A stretch of 64,000 nucleotides of DNA from an uncultured Acidobacteriaceae bacterium (GCA_963799035.1 CAWCVS010000011.1:9096-73095), one strand, 5' to 3'; positions 28,113-38,519 are shown, numbered from the stretch's first letter. Translations and numbers: made by a program. The notes: generated by a model not told the origin, from the sequence alone.

Positions 28113-28750
28113 TTCTTCAGCAGCTTGAACGCGTGCGTCCAGTCGTTGCGGACAAAACCAGAAATGCACCACAGCATGCACAGCGGTTCGATCGCCCGCG
28201 CCGCCTCAGCTCCACCCATATCGGCCGTCTCCCAGCCGAATTGTTCGTTGATCTGCGCCACCTGTTTCTTCGCACCCTCATCGTTACCGCAGATGAACAT
28301 GGTCGGCTTGTCGCCCGCAAAATCAGGATTAATCATGCACGGAGCGCCCACCGAGTTGTAGGCCTTTACGAAACGCGCATCGGCAAACTGGTTCTGCAGC
28401 GTCTCCATCAACGAGAGGTTAATGTCGGTAAAGAAGCGGAGCACGCCCTTCTCCGGCGGAGCATCCGCAATCGGGTTGCAGGCGTCGATTACCGTCTTTC
28501 CCGCCAGGTTCTTCACGCCGGCCAGCGTCAGCGCTTCGGCAGCTGCTGTGCCCTTCACCGCCAGCACCACCAGTTCGCCGAACGCCGCAGCCTCGGCAAA
28601 CGTCCCGGTCGAACCAACCTTGGATTGCGCCGCCCAGTCCGCCAGCTTCGCAGGGCTCCGGGTGCCCACCTTCACTGCGTGGCCATGCTTCAGGAACCCC
28701 CCGGCCAGTGTCTTCGCAACGTCGCCCGATCCAAGCACGCCCACCTTCAT
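28109..28750 (-). CDS. NADP oxidoreductase, F420-dependent family
   Basis: VGVLGSGDVA, VVLAVK, IDACNP, VKAYN, ICGND. Confidence 0.88.
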   Translation of the reverse strand: MKVGVLGSGDVAKTLAGGFLKHGHAVKVGTRSPAKLADWAAQSKVGSTGTFAEAAAFGELVVLAVKGTAAAEALTLAGVKNLAGKTVIDACNPIADAPPEKGVLRFFTDINLSLMETLQNQFADARFVKAYNSVGAPCMINPDFAGDKPTMFICGNDEGAKKQVAQINEQFGWETADMGGAEAARAIEPLCMLWCISGFVRNDWTHAFKLLKK

Positions 28751-28887
28751 CGCACACCTCCCATGGCACATCTCCATTGCCCGCGAGTTTAGATGCCGCA
28801 GATGAACGGATCAAGAACAGGTCCGACGGGTACCTTCGGATAGCGGCGGTCTCTCTCCCTGTGGTACGAGGAAGTCAACTCTGCGGT

Positions 28888-29400
28888 ATGCTCAAGTCGG
28901 GATCGCTCTCGGTCTCCCCCGGGATGAACTTTCTTACCAGAAACGCTTGGGAAACGGCAGCCGGTGCAACGCTGATCGCCGGCCTGGCCGTCGGCGCAGT
29001 CTTCTATCTGCGGCGCAAACGGCCAACAGAAGAGGAGTTGGAGCGGGCGCGCCGCAAAATGCTGGCTCTTACAGGCCGGGTCATCGATGGCATGTTGCTG
29101 GACGTGCGCGAGATAACCCTCGAAGACGGCCGCCCGCTCACCATGCTCGAGTACAAATACCGGAGCGCCGGCGTCGACTACGAGTGCTCGCAGGACATCA
29201 CCACCCTGCTCGACGTGGTCGATCCCGGTGAGATGCGCGCCGGCTTCCCCTGCTCCGTCCGCTACCAGACCGGCAACCCCCAAAACAGCATCGTGATTTC
29301 AGAATCATGGTCGGGACTGCGATCGAGCCTTCCTGTTTATCCGCCCATCGATCCATCAAAGCGCAAGGATCTGGGAGAGTTGCACCCCGATCGGGGTTAG
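28888..29400 (+). CDS. DUF3592-like single-TM protein
   Basis: N-terminal TM, LEYKYRSAGVDY, SVRYQTGNPQNSIV. Confidence 0.65.
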   Translation: MLKSGSLSVSPGMNFLTRNAWETAAGATLIAGLAVGAVFYLRRKRPTEEELERARRKMLALTGRVIDGMLLDVREITLEDGRPLTMLEYKYRSAGVDYECSQDITTLLDVVDPGEMRAGFPCSVRYQTGNPQNSIVISESWSGLRSSLPVYPPIDPSKRKDLGELHPDRG

Positions 29401-29465
29401 CAGACCTGCACCGGAACCGACGCTGCCGTTAGCGCGCCATACCCAACCCCGTTTACACTTTTACT

Positions 29466-30422
29466 ATGCATGTCCACGCCGCACCTGCGTCCGCCGGTGC
29501 ATCCAGGACACAATCCGTTTTGCGCTTCTCCCTCGTCGCCACGCTGGCGTACGTGGTGGTCACCTTTGTCGCCGGATTGCGCGCCCACTCCCTCGCCCTG
29601 CTCTCTGAATCGGGCCACAACGTCTCCGATTTCCTGGCGCTTCTGCTCAGTTTTGTTGCTGTCTACTTTCAGTCGCGCCCCGCCGCCCACTCCAAGACCT
29701 TCGGCTACCATCGCGCCGGCGTACTGGCTGCCTTCATCAATGCCGCCACGCTCATCGTTATCTCCGTCTGGATCGCCATCGAAGCCATCCACCGCCTCAG
29801 CGCGCCCGTCGCCGTGCAACCGAAATTGATGATGGTCGTAGCCGCCGCCGGCGTCCTGATGAACGGCGTAATCGCCGCACTCCTCTGGGGAGTGGCTCGC
29901 GACGTCAACATGCGCAGCGCCTTCCTCCACATGGCCGGCGACACCCTTTCGACAGCCGCGGTCATCGCCGGAGGCGCCGGCATCCTCTTCACGGGGCGCA
30001 ACTGGATCGATCCGGTGTTGTCGCTCCTGATCGCAGCCCTGATTCTGTGGACCAGCTACGACATCGTGCGCGAAACCCTCAACATCCTGCTCGAAGGCAC
30101 GCCGCGCGGCATTACGCTCAGCGAAATCCGGGCCGGCATGCAGGGAATCGACGGCGTTCGCAATGTGCACGACCTGCACGTCTGGAGCCTCGGCTCCAAT
30201 AGCCATGCGCTCGCCTGCCATGTTTGCATCGCAGATATTCCCCCATCCGAGAGCGCTTGCATCCTGCTCAAACTGAATCACGTTTTGCGCGATCACTTCT
30301 CCATTCAGCACTCTACAATTCAGTTTGAACACGAAGGATGCGAGGAGCTCCACGGCTGCGTCGTTCCCATTGAAGAGATGTCCAGCCCGGCCGCTCACAG
30401 CCATCACGGCCACGCACACTAG
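29466..30422 (+). CDS. Cation diffusion facilitator (CzcD/ZitB-like)
   Basis: SLALLSESGHNVSD, TFGYHR, SAFLHMAGD, VHDLHVW, His-rich tail. Confidence 0.92.
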   Translation: MHVHAAPASAGASRTQSVLRFSLVATLAYVVVTFVAGLRAHSLALLSESGHNVSDFLALLLSFVAVYFQSRPAAHSKTFGYHRAGVLAAFINAATLIVISVWIAIEAIHRLSAPVAVQPKLMMVVAAAGVLMNGVIAALLWGVARDVNMRSAFLHMAGDTLSTAAVIAGGAGILFTGRNWIDPVLSLLIAALILWTSYDIVRETLNILLEGTPRGITLSEIRAGMQGIDGVRNVHDLHVWSLGSNSHALACHVCIADIPPSESACILLKLNHVLRDHFSIQHSTIQFEHEGCEELHGCVVPIEEMSSPAAHSHHGHAH

Positions 30423-30447
30423 TTCAAGTCATTCGGAGGTCCCTGCC

Positions 30448-32634
30448 TTGACCCGACGTCGAGTTGCCTTTGCTGCCCTGTGCTTTGTGCTCCTCTTCTC
30501 AACAAACCGGACTTTACCCGTTGTACCCGTCGCGCTGGCAGAATCACCTCTTCAGGCGACCCAACCCGCAACGTCTCAGCTGGACGCCCTTTCCGGCGAA
30601 TACACCAACCCCAGCGACCCCGACACTCCCGTCAGCTTCTATGTGCAGGACGGCAAGCTCATCCTTGAATCCGAACGCCAGGTGCCCACCACCCTGACTC
30701 AGAATTCGCCAACGGAATTCGCAATTCCCCAGACAAAGATGACGCTCAAGTTCACGCTGGATGCCGCGGGCCACGGCGTGACGGTAGTCCCGTCCAACGA
30801 TTCCGGGGCCGTCTACAAGCGCACCGGCGATGCAGTTCATCACGTCTTTCACGATTACCAGCGCACCGAATCCATGATCCCCATGCGCGACGGAACCAAG
30901 CTCCATGTCGTCATTCTCAAGCCCGCCGACATCGCCACGCCGCTCCCATTTCTTGTCCAGCGCACTCCCTATGGCTGCGACGAAACCAGCCGCGCATCGT
31001 TCTCCGGCGGCCGTCCCGAACTGGCGCGCGACGGATACATCTACGTGTGCGGCGACATTCGCGGACGCTACAAGAGCGAGGGCCAGTTCGTGATGAGCCG
31101 TCCACAAGTCGACCACAGTAACCCCAAGGCCATCGATGAAAGCACCGACACCTACGACACCGTCGACTGGCTTCTCAAGAACGTCTCCGGCAACAACGGC
31201 CGCGCTGGTTTCGTCGGCACCAGCTACCCCGGATTTCTTGCGATGGAAGCCGGCATCGATCCACATCCGGCAGTCAAAGCCATCTCGCCGCAGGCACCCA
31301 TGATCGACGTCTGGATAGGCGACGACTTCTTTCACAACGGCGCTTTTCGCCAGAGCTACGGTTACGACTACGTCTACGGCATGGAGTCCAACAAGGAGAA
31401 CGCCGACGTCAGCTACGGCAAGGACAAGGACGGAAAACCCGTTGATGGATTCGACTACTTCCTCCAGCGCGGTTCATTTGCCGAAGATGTCAAGAAATCC
31501 GGCGTCAAAGAGCCGTTCCCCACCTGGAAGCTCTTCCTCGACCATCCCAACTACGACACCGTCTGGTCATCGCGGGCCGTTGAGAATCATCTCGACAAAG
31601 TCGCCGTTCCAACCTTGAGTGTCGGCGGCTATTACGACCAGGAAGACATGTGGGGGCCGCAGGAGGAGTATGCCAGGCTCGAGCCTCATGACAGCAACCG
31701 TGAAAACTTCCTCGTCCTCGGTCCCTGGCGCCACGGTTCGTGGGTTTCCTCGTCCCGCCATCTCGGCAACGTGAATTACGGCGAACCCATCGGCAAGGAA
31801 TTTCGCACGAAAATTGAGGCGAAGTTCTTCGGCCACTACCTGAAAGAAGAATCCGGTTTCAATCTGGAAGACACCGCCAGCTTCCAGACCGGTTCGAATA
31901 CCTGGAAGTACTATTCGCACTTCCCGCCGAAGGAAGCGCAACCCACCAGCCTGCACCTGGTCGGCGACGGGCAACTTAGCTGGAGCGACACCAGGGAACC
32001 CGCCAGGACCACCTACGTCAGCGATCCGGCAAATCCTGTCCCCTACCGTCATCGGCCCATCCAGGTCACCTACACTGAGGGCTCACAGTGGGCCACCTGG
32101 CTCACGGAAGATCAGCGCTTCGTCACCGATCGCAAGGACCTGGCCGTCTGGAAACTCCCCGTGCTCAAGAAGGACCTGATCGTTACCGGCGAAGTGATAG
32201 CCGACATCTTCGCCTCCACTTCCGGTTCCGACAACGACATGGTGGTCAAGCTCATCGATCAATACCCCGACGACGATCCCGATCCGAAGATGCGCGGCTA
32301 TCAGCTGATGACCAACGAAGAGATCTTCCGTGGCCGCTATCTCGAAAGCTTCGAGAAACCAACTCCGATGCGCTCCGGCTCCGTGAAGGAGTACCGCTAC
32401 AGCCTGCACGACGTAGACCACGTCTTCAAGGCCGGCCACACCGTGATTGTCGAGATTCAGAGCACATGGTTCCCCCTCTATGACCGCAATCCGCAAATCT
32501 TCGTGCCCAACATCATGACCGCCAGGCCGGAGGACTACAAGTCCGCAACGATTACCATCTACTCCGATCCCGATCACGACTCAAGTCTGCAGATGCCCTT
32601 GATGAACGCCTGCGACCACATCGCCTGCTTCTGA
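30448..32634 (+). CDS. CocE/NonD-family serine hydrolase, secreted
   Basis: MIPMRDGTKL, RTPYG, DIRGRYKSEG, GTSYPG nucleophile motif, GPWRHG, STWFPLYDRNPQ. Confidence 0.9.
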   Translation: MTRRRVAFAALCFVLLFSTNRTLPVVPVALAESPLQATQPATSQLDALSGEYTNPSDPDTPVSFYVQDGKLILESERQVPTTLTQNSPTEFAIPQTKMTLKFTLDAAGHGVTVVPSNDSGAVYKRTGDAVHHVFHDYQRTESMIPMRDGTKLHVVILKPADIATPLPFLVQRTPYGCDETSRASFSGGRPELARDGYIYVCGDIRGRYKSEGQFVMSRPQVDHSNPKAIDESTDTYDTVDWLLKNVSGNNGRAGFVGTSYPGFLAMEAGIDPHPAVKAISPQAPMIDVWIGDDFFHNGAFRQSYGYDYVYGMESNKENADVSYGKDKDGKPVDGFDYFLQRGSFAEDVKKSGVKEPFPTWKLFLDHPNYDTVWSSRAVENHLDKVAVPTLSVGGYYDQEDMWGPQEEYARLEPHDSNRENFLVLGPWRHGSWVSSSRHLGNVNYGEPIGKEFRTKIEAKFFGHYLKEESGFNLEDTASFQTGSNTWKYYSHFPPKEAQPTSLHLVGDGQLSWSDTREPARTTYVSDPANPVPYRHRPIQVTYTEGSQWATWLTEDQRFVTDRKDLAVWKLPVLKKDLIVTGEVIADIFASTSGSDNDMVVKLIDQYPDDDPDPKMRGYQLMTNEEIFRGRYLESFEKPTPMRSGSVKEYRYSLHDVDHVFKAGHTVIVEIQSTWFPLYDRNPQIFVPNIMTARPEDYKSATITIYSDPDHDSSLQMPLMNACDHIACF

Positions 32635-32641
32635 AGATAAC

Positions 32642-32671
32642 TTGCCGATACTTTGCATTGTAAAGTATACT
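32642..32671 (+). promoter_or_regulatory. Promoter with palindromic operator in the spacer
   Basis: TTGCCG-N18-TATACT; inverted repeat ATACTTTGCATTGTAAAGTAT. Confidence 0.6.
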
Positions 32672-32711
32672 GCGATGGTTATCTGCGAAGGACACACATC
32701 AGGGGTTCGAG

Positions 32712-33332
32712 ATGACCATATTCGACCTGCTCCTTATCTTTCTGGTGCTCGCAACAGTTGCGGGAATCGTGACTACCCTGGCAGCGTTGCTCTTGCGCCG
32801 CCGAACCCTGGCCGCTCGATCCCTCCTTGCCATCGCCGCCGCATGGGCCATCTACCTGGGAGTCGGAACTGCCATCGCTGTCATGACACCCCAGCACATC
32901 GTGTCGATCGGGGAAGACCGCTGCTTCGACGAACTGTGCTTTGCGGTGATGGGCTATAACCGGACTCCTTCAACGAATCCGGGCAAATCGTTCTACATTG
33001 TAGATGTGCGCATCTCCAGCCGCTCGCGCGGGCGGACGCAACGTGAGATCGGCCGCAAGGGACTCCTGATCGATCGAGCCGGCCATGTGTACGAGGTGTC
33101 CATGCAGGGCATGCACAATCTCACCCTGGCAAATGGCACCCCTTATCCTGGCCTTGACGCCGAAGTCTTGCCCGGCCAGAAACTGGAGACGAAGCTCGCT
33201 TTCGAATTGCCCGAAGATGTCAGCTATCCGGGTTTTGCGCTGGGCAGCGACCTGGCTATCAATCCGGCACGAATCGTGATTGGCGACGAAGAGCATTTCC
33301 TGCATTGGCCGACTGTGGTGCCGCTCTACTGA
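32712..33332 (+). CDS. Membrane-anchored protein with DUF4352-like domain
   Basis: Two TM helices, then FYIVDVRISS...LIDRAGHVYE...VLPGQKLETKLAFELP. Confidence 0.65.
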   Translation: MTIFDLLLIFLVLATVAGIVTTLAALLLRRRTLAARSLLAIAAAWAIYLGVGTAIAVMTPQHIVSIGEDRCFDELCFAVMGYNRTPSTNPGKSFYIVDVRISSRSRGRTQREIGRKGLLIDRAGHVYEVSMQGMHNLTLANGTPYPGLDAEVLPGQKLETKLAFELPEDVSYPGFALGSDLAINPARIVIGDEEHFLHWPTVVPLY

Positions 33333-33539
33333 AAAACGATCCGCCTGGCCGACGCCGGAAGCAACGAATCCCAAAGGTAACTCGACGCATCCAAAAATCG
33401 AGCTACAATCAGTACAGCGCTATGGTTCTCCACCAGCCCATACCGGCCCTCCTCTAGCGGCGCCCGCCGCCTACACTGTTCTGCGCCCTTTTTCCTGTCC
33501 GAAATCACTATTCCAAAACACAAGAGCCCGGAGGGCGGA

Positions 33540-34616
33540 ATGCTTGATCGCCTGGAACAAATGGAACAACGCTTCAACGACCTGCAGTCGCAGTTCTCGT
33601 TGCCCGAAGTGTTGAACGACCACGAAAAATATCAGAAGACCGCCAAGGCCCTGCGCGAAATCGAAGAGCCGGTCGAAAAGTATCGCGAGCTGAAGCAGGT
33701 GCAGCAGGGTCTCGCCGAGGCCCGCGCCATGCTCGCCGAGACCGATCCCGACCTGCGCGCCATGGCCGAAGAAGAGATCGCCGCGCTTGAGCCGCGCGCC
33801 GCCGCCATTGAAGAAGAAATCAAGATCCTGCTGATTCCCAAGGATCCCCTCGACGAGAAGAACGTCATCCTCGAAATCCGCGCCGGCACGGGCGGCGACG
33901 AAGCCTCGCTCTTTGCCGCCGAAGTTTTTCGCATGTACACCCGATTCGCCGAGCAGCATCGCTGGAAGGTCGAAGTCATGTCGCTCTCCGAGTCCGGAGT
34001 CGGCGGATACAAGGAAGTCATCGCCATCATCGAAGGCAAGCGCGTCTACTCGCAGATGAAGTGGGAGAGCGGCGTGCATCGCGTGCAGCGTGTTCCTGCG
34101 ACGGAAACGCAAGGTCGCGTCCATACTTCCGCGATCACCGTCGCCGTCCTGCCTGAAGCCGAAGACGTCGACATCAAGATCGAAGCCAAGGACATTCGCA
34201 TCGATACCTTCTGCTCCTCCGGTCCCGGCGGCCAGTCGGTCAACACCACTTACTCCGCCGTCCGCATCACTCACATCCCCACCAACACCGTCGTCAGCTG
34301 CCAGGACGAGAAATCGCAGATCAAGAATCGCGAAAAAGGTATGCGCGTTCTCCGTTCCCGCCTCTACGAGATGGAAATGGAGAAGCAGAACGCTGAGCTG
34401 GCCGCAGCCCGCAAATCGCAGGTTGGCTCCGGCGACCGCAGCGAGAAGATTCGCACCTACAACTTCCCGCAGAACCGCCTAACCGACCACCGCATCGGCT
34501 TGACGATGCACCAGCTCGACCTGATCATGGAAGGTCGCCTGCAGCCGATCGTCGATGCCCTCGTAACGCACTACCAGGCCCAGCAACTCAAAGCCGACAA
34601 CGACCAGGCCGCGTAA
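33540..34616 (+). CDS. prfA: Peptide chain release factor 1
   Basis: [21 protein letters not shown] (PxT), [17 protein letters not shown]. Confidence 0.98.
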   Translation: MLDRLEQMEQRFNDLQSQFSLPEVLNDHEKYQKTAKALREIEEPVEKYRELKQVQQGLAEARAMLAETDPDLRAMAEEEIAALEPRAAAIEEEIKILLIPKDPLDEKNVILEIRAGTGGDEASLFAAEVFRMYTRFAEQHRWKVEVMSLSESGVGGYKEVIAIIEGKRVYSQMKWESGVHRVQRVPATETQGRVHTSAITVAVLPEAEDVDIKIEAKDIRIDTFCSSGPGGQSVNTTYSAVRITHIPTNTVVSCQDEKSQIKNREKGMRVLRSRLYEMEMEKQNAELAAARKSQVGSGDRSEKIRTYNFPQNRLTDHRIGLTMHQLDLIMEGRLQPIVDALVTHYQAQQLKADNDQAA

Positions 34617-34625
34617 CGGCCGCAA

Positions 34626-34740
34626 ACGAAGTTAACTTCCGTTCGTGATAAAGGATTAACTTCTGTGGGCGATGAGGTGTCAACTCCGTGCGCAATGAGG
34701 TGTTAACTCCGTGTGCGCGATGGACGTTAATTTCTGTACG
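34626..34740. repeat. Degenerate ~24-bp tandem repeat x5
   Basis: GTTAAC-like cores at 34631, 34655, 34679, 34702 and 34726; approximate unit GTTAAC(T)TCCGTGNGCGATGAG. Confidence 0.75.
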
Positions 34741-34750
34741 CTTGTATGGG

Positions 34751-34820
34751 TTGTAACAGGGCATGACTTTAGTCGTGCCGTACAAGCACCAAAATGAATG
34801 GGGCTTTAGCTCCTGAGGGA
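34751..34820. repeat. Family-D double-hairpin repeat (intergenic)
   Basis: gggcatgactttagtcgtgccg...gggctttagctcctgaggga. Confidence 0.85.
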
Positions 34821-34878
34821 TATTTTGTTGGAACCGCTTCATTCGTTCCTGCCGCGTCCTCAATACGTTGATAATCCC

Positions 34879-35779
34879 ATGACCCTCCGCGACTTTCTCG
34901 CACTACGGCGAGTCGCAGCTCAACTCCGGCCCGCATCCCGATCGTGCGAAGCGCGATGCCGAGGCCTTGCTGCTGCATCTCATCGGCAAAAACAAGGCCT
35001 GGCTCATGGCCCACGCCAACGACGACTTCGCCGGTTGCAATGCGATCCGTTACGCCAGCCTGCTCGAACGTCGCATGAAGGGCGCGCCCATCCAATACAT
35101 CACAGGCGAAACCGAATTCTACGGCCTGCCCTTCCGCGTGACTCCCAACGTCCTGATCCCCCGCCCCGAAACCGAGCACCTCCTCGAGAAATGTCTCGCT
35201 CTCGCAACACACATGGCTGCCCCATCCTTCCGGCCTCCTTTGCCGGAAGGGTGGGAGAGCACGAATCCCACTTCGCCTATTCGCATTCTCGATATAGGCA
35301 CCGGGTCCGGCGCCATTGCCATAGCGCTCGCACACAATCTCTCTTCTGCGGACATAACCGCCACTGACGTCTCCCCCCACGCGCTCTCCCTCGCCGAAGA
35401 AAACGCAAAACGCAACGGAGCTGCCATCCGCTTTCTCCAAGGCGATCTTCTCGCCCCCGTCACTGGCGAAACCTTCGACCTCATCGTCTCCAATCCGCCT
35501 TACGTTCCGGCCACAGACCGCGATTCCCTCGCCGTCGAAGTCCGCGACCACGAACCACCTCTCGCCCTCTTCGCCGGCAAGGACGGCCTGGAAATCTATC
35601 GCCGCTTGATCCCGCAAGCTTTCGCCGCCCTCACGCCCGGCGGCTTCATCGCGCTCGAAATCGGCTACGGCCAGCAGCCCGCCATCCACTCGCTCCTCGC
35701 CGGCACCGGTTTCACCAACATCGAATTCTCTCCCGACCTCCAAGGCATCCCCCGCGTCGCCATTGGGCAGCGCCCCTAA
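34879..35779 (+). CDS. prmC: Release-factor glutamine methyltransferase PrmC/HemK (frameshift ~34905; in-frame palindromic insert)
   Basis: PIQYITG, VLIPRPETE, LDIGTGSG, SNPPY; directly downstream of prfA. Confidence 0.95.
35215..35256. repeat. Family-C-type palindromic repeat inside prmC
   Basis: ggctgc-cccatccttccggc-ctccttt-gccggaagggtggg-a; intergenic relative at 50056. Confidence 0.85.
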
Positions 35780-35894
35780 ACGAACATCTCATTTCATGCA
35801 TCGAACCAGCCTCAGACGAATTGCAAATCTGAACTCCACTTCAACGTCACTCTGCGCTCCTGATTTAAACTCGTCTCCGGAAAGGATTCCCTTC

Positions 35895-36941
35895 ATGCCC
35901 TCATCCAAAGGCTATGCTGCTTTCGATTCCAAATCGCCGCTTGCTCCCCACACATTCAACCGACGCGAGCCCGGACCAACAGAAATTGCCATCGAAATCC
36001 TCTATTGCGGCGTCTGCCACTCCGACCTCCACATGACGCGCAACGAGTGGGGCAACGCGATCTATCCCATGGTCCCCGGTCACGAGATCGTCGGCCGTGT
36101 TGTTGCGGCTGGAAAGTCGTCCAAAAAATTTAAGATCGGCGACCTCGCCGCCGTCGGTGTCATCGTCGACTCCTGCCGCCACTGCGAGCCCTGCAACCGC
36201 GGCGAAGAACATTTCTGCCTCGAAGGTTCCACCCTCACCTACGCTGCCAAGGATCGCGTCGACGGCTCCATCACCATGGGTGGATATTCCAGCAACTACA
36301 TCGTCGACGAACGCTTCGCCCACACGGTCCCCGCCAATCTCAATCCTGCCGCAGTTGCCCCGCTTCTCTGCGCCGGCATCACCACCTATTCGCCCCTCCG
36401 CCACTGGAATGCCGGTCCCGGCAAAAAAGTCGGCATCGTCGGTCTCGGCGGCCTAGGCCACATGGGCCTCAAGTTCGCACACTCCTTCGGCGCCCACACC
36501 GTGCAGCTCACCACCTCGCTCAAGAAAAAAGACGATGCCCTCAAACTCGGCGCCGACGAAGTCATAGTTTCCACCGACGCCGCGGCGATGAAAAAGCACG
36601 CCGGCACTTTCGACTTCATCCTTGACACTGCGTCGGCTCCTCACTCGCTCGATCCCTACCTTTCGCTGCTCAAGCAGGACGGCACCATTACCCTCGTCGG
36701 CCTGCCCGAAAAACCTCCTTCGATCAACATGTTTGCGCTCATCACCAAGCGCGCCTCCATCGCCGGATCCATGATCGGTGGCATGCCCGAAACCCAGGAA
36801 ATGCTCGACTACTGCGGCCGCAACGGCATCGTCTCCGAAATCGAAGTCATCCCCATTCAGAAAATCAATGAGGCATACGAGCGCATGTTGAAACAGGATG
36901 TGAAGTACCGGTTCGTAATCGACATGAGTTCGCTCAAGTAA
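35895..36941 (+). CDS. Zn-dependent NAD(P) alcohol dehydrogenase (CAD/YahK-like)
   Basis: CGVCHSD, GHEIVG, CRHCEPC...C, PLLCAGIT, GLGGLG, YRFVID. Confidence 0.93.
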   Translation: MPSSKGYAAFDSKSPLAPHTFNRREPGPTEIAIEILYCGVCHSDLHMTRNEWGNAIYPMVPGHEIVGRVVAAGKSSKKFKIGDLAAVGVIVDSCRHCEPCNRGEEHFCLEGSTLTYAAKDRVDGSITMGGYSSNYIVDERFAHTVPANLNPAAVAPLLCAGITTYSPLRHWNAGPGKKVGIVGLGGLGHMGLKFAHSFGAHTVQLTTSLKKKDDALKLGADEVIVSTDAAAMKKHAGTFDFILDTASAPHSLDPYLSLLKQDGTITLVGLPEKPPSINMFALITKRASIAGSMIGGMPETQEMLDYCGRNGIVSEIEVIPIQKINEAYERMLKQDVKYRFVIDMSSLK

Positions 36942-36994
36942 TTCAAGAACCAGCCGCACCCGCACAAAACCCAAGGTTGTCCGAGAGGAACCGC

Positions 36995-37099
36995 ATGACC
37001 ACTCCAACGAGCGCAAAAGCAGTCCTGACCGACACACATTTCCTGATACCCGTGATCGTCTTCTGCTTTGGTCTCGCGCTGCTCATCGTGCTGCATTGA
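36995..37099 (+). CDS. 34-aa single-TM small protein (not in the ORF track)
   Basis: GAGAGG RBS; MTTPTSAKAVLTDTHFLIPVIVFCFGLALLIVLH*. Confidence 0.65.
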   Translation: MTTPTSAKAVLTDTHFLIPVIVFCFGLALLIVLH

Positions 37100-37166
37100 A
37101 CCGATAGACCTTTGGATTTGCAATCGGTGCCGTGAAAATCGAATCGAAGGGAAAAGTCCGGCAAGC

Positions 37167-38456
37167 ATGAGCGAAACGGCCCGCACCAATCCACCCCCGG
37201 TCATCAAGTCTGTTCACGGCATCGGCGTCGTCTGCGGATTGGCTGCGGGGGTATGGCTGGGCGCGGCCGAAGCGCCCACCAAGCTCGTCAACTCCGGCCT
37301 GTCTCCGTATGCCATCTCGCTCTGCATGGTCGCTGGTGTCTTCACAGCGCGCTGGACTTTCCCCACATTGCTCAAAGGGACGCGACAGGTCTTTTCCGAT
37401 CTAGCCCAAAACAAGCATTTGATTCCCATCGCGATTCTCGCCGGCATGCTCTGGGCAGTCGCCAATACCTTAACCGTCTTTGCCATCCGCGACGTCGGCC
37501 TGGCCATCGCCTTTCCTCTTTGGAACACCAACTCACTCGTCGGGATCCTCTGGGGCCGGCTCCTCTTCGGCGAGTTGAAAGGCGCCAGCCGCATCAACAT
37601 CGCCAAAGTCGTCCTCGGAGCGCTCGCCATTGTCGCCGCAGCCGTCATGCTCGGCTTCAGCACCATTCACACCAGCGGCGCGCACAACCGCGCAGTTGGC
37701 GGGGTCCTTGCTGCCATTGGGGCCAGCCTGCTCTGGGGAACCATGTATATCCCGTATCGGAAGGCCTACATCAGCGGGATGAATCCGCTCTCATTCGTCA
37801 CCGTCTTCACCATCGGCGAATTGGGAACCATGATCGCGCTAGTGCTCGCACTCGACGGAGGAACCAAGGCTGCGGTCTTTCATTCCGGCGAGACGCGCCA
37901 CCTGCTCTTCTGGCTTTTTCTTGGCGGATTCGTTTGGGTCGTCGGCGATCTCTTTCAGCAATTCGCCACCAAGTATCTTGGCATTGGCCGAGGCATTCCA
38001 CTCTCCAATACCAACCAGATGTGGGGCCTCGCCTGGGGCGCGCTGGTCTTCGGCGAGCTCGCGCATGCCGACGCCGCGCATCGCCTCCTCGTTCTTATCG
38101 GCTCCCTCGTCATGATCTGCGGAGCTCTCGCCGTCACCACCGCCGTCGCCACCGAAAAGGAACGCGGATCCATGCGCGAGGCCCTCGTCCGCGAGTGCGC
38201 CCGCTACGACCTCGACTACGACCGCGTCATGAAGTGCTATGCAGGCGAAGGGCCTGCGACAACCATCGAAGGCCGTTCCTGGTGGGACTATGCAATTCTC
38301 TCCGCTGCTGTCGTGGTCTTCGTCTGGCTCGGAATGAACGCGCGCGTGCCCGAGCTTGCCATGAACTTCGCCTGGGTCGGCGTGCTTGTGGCAATCCTGG
38401 CGGTCTCCGCCGTCGGATGTACGTGGGTCTTGTGGAAGACCACGCGCTTCTCCTGA
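37167..38456 (+). CDS. GRP/DMT-family sugar transporter (GlcU/RbsU-like)
   Basis: Two internally repeated TM halves (GLAIAFPLWNTNSLVGILWG; GIGRGIPLSNTNQMWGLAWG); next to a PfkB kinase. Confidence 0.78.
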   Translation: MSETARTNPPPVIKSVHGIGVVCGLAAGVWLGAAEAPTKLVNSGLSPYAISLCMVAGVFTARWTFPTLLKGTRQVFSDLAQNKHLIPIAILAGMLWAVANTLTVFAIRDVGLAIAFPLWNTNSLVGILWGRLLFGELKGASRINIAKVVLGALAIVAAAVMLGFSTIHTSGAHNRAVGGVLAAIGASLLWGTMYIPYRKAYISGMNPLSFVTVFTIGELGTMIALVLALDGGTKAAVFHSGETRHLLFWLFLGGFVWVVGDLFQQFATKYLGIGRGIPLSNTNQMWGLAWGALVFGELAHADAAHRLLVLIGSLVMICGALAVTTAVATEKERGSMREALVRECARYDLDYDRVMKCYAGEGPATTIEGRSWWDYAILSAAVVVFVWLGMNARVPELAMNFAWVGVLVAILAVSAVGCTWVLWKTTRFS

Positions 38457-38519
38457 TCTCTTTCGAAATCCCGCAGGCTTTCAGCCCTCAGCCGCTCAGC
38501 TTTGACCTCACGCTGGTTT

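Noticed and set aside
31885-31905. tRNA T-loop-like GGTTCGAAT
   Set aside because: Lies inside the CocE/NonD CDS with no cloverleaf.
34626-34740. CRISPR array
   Set aside because: Units are contiguous and degenerate with no unique spacers; no cas genes in the window.
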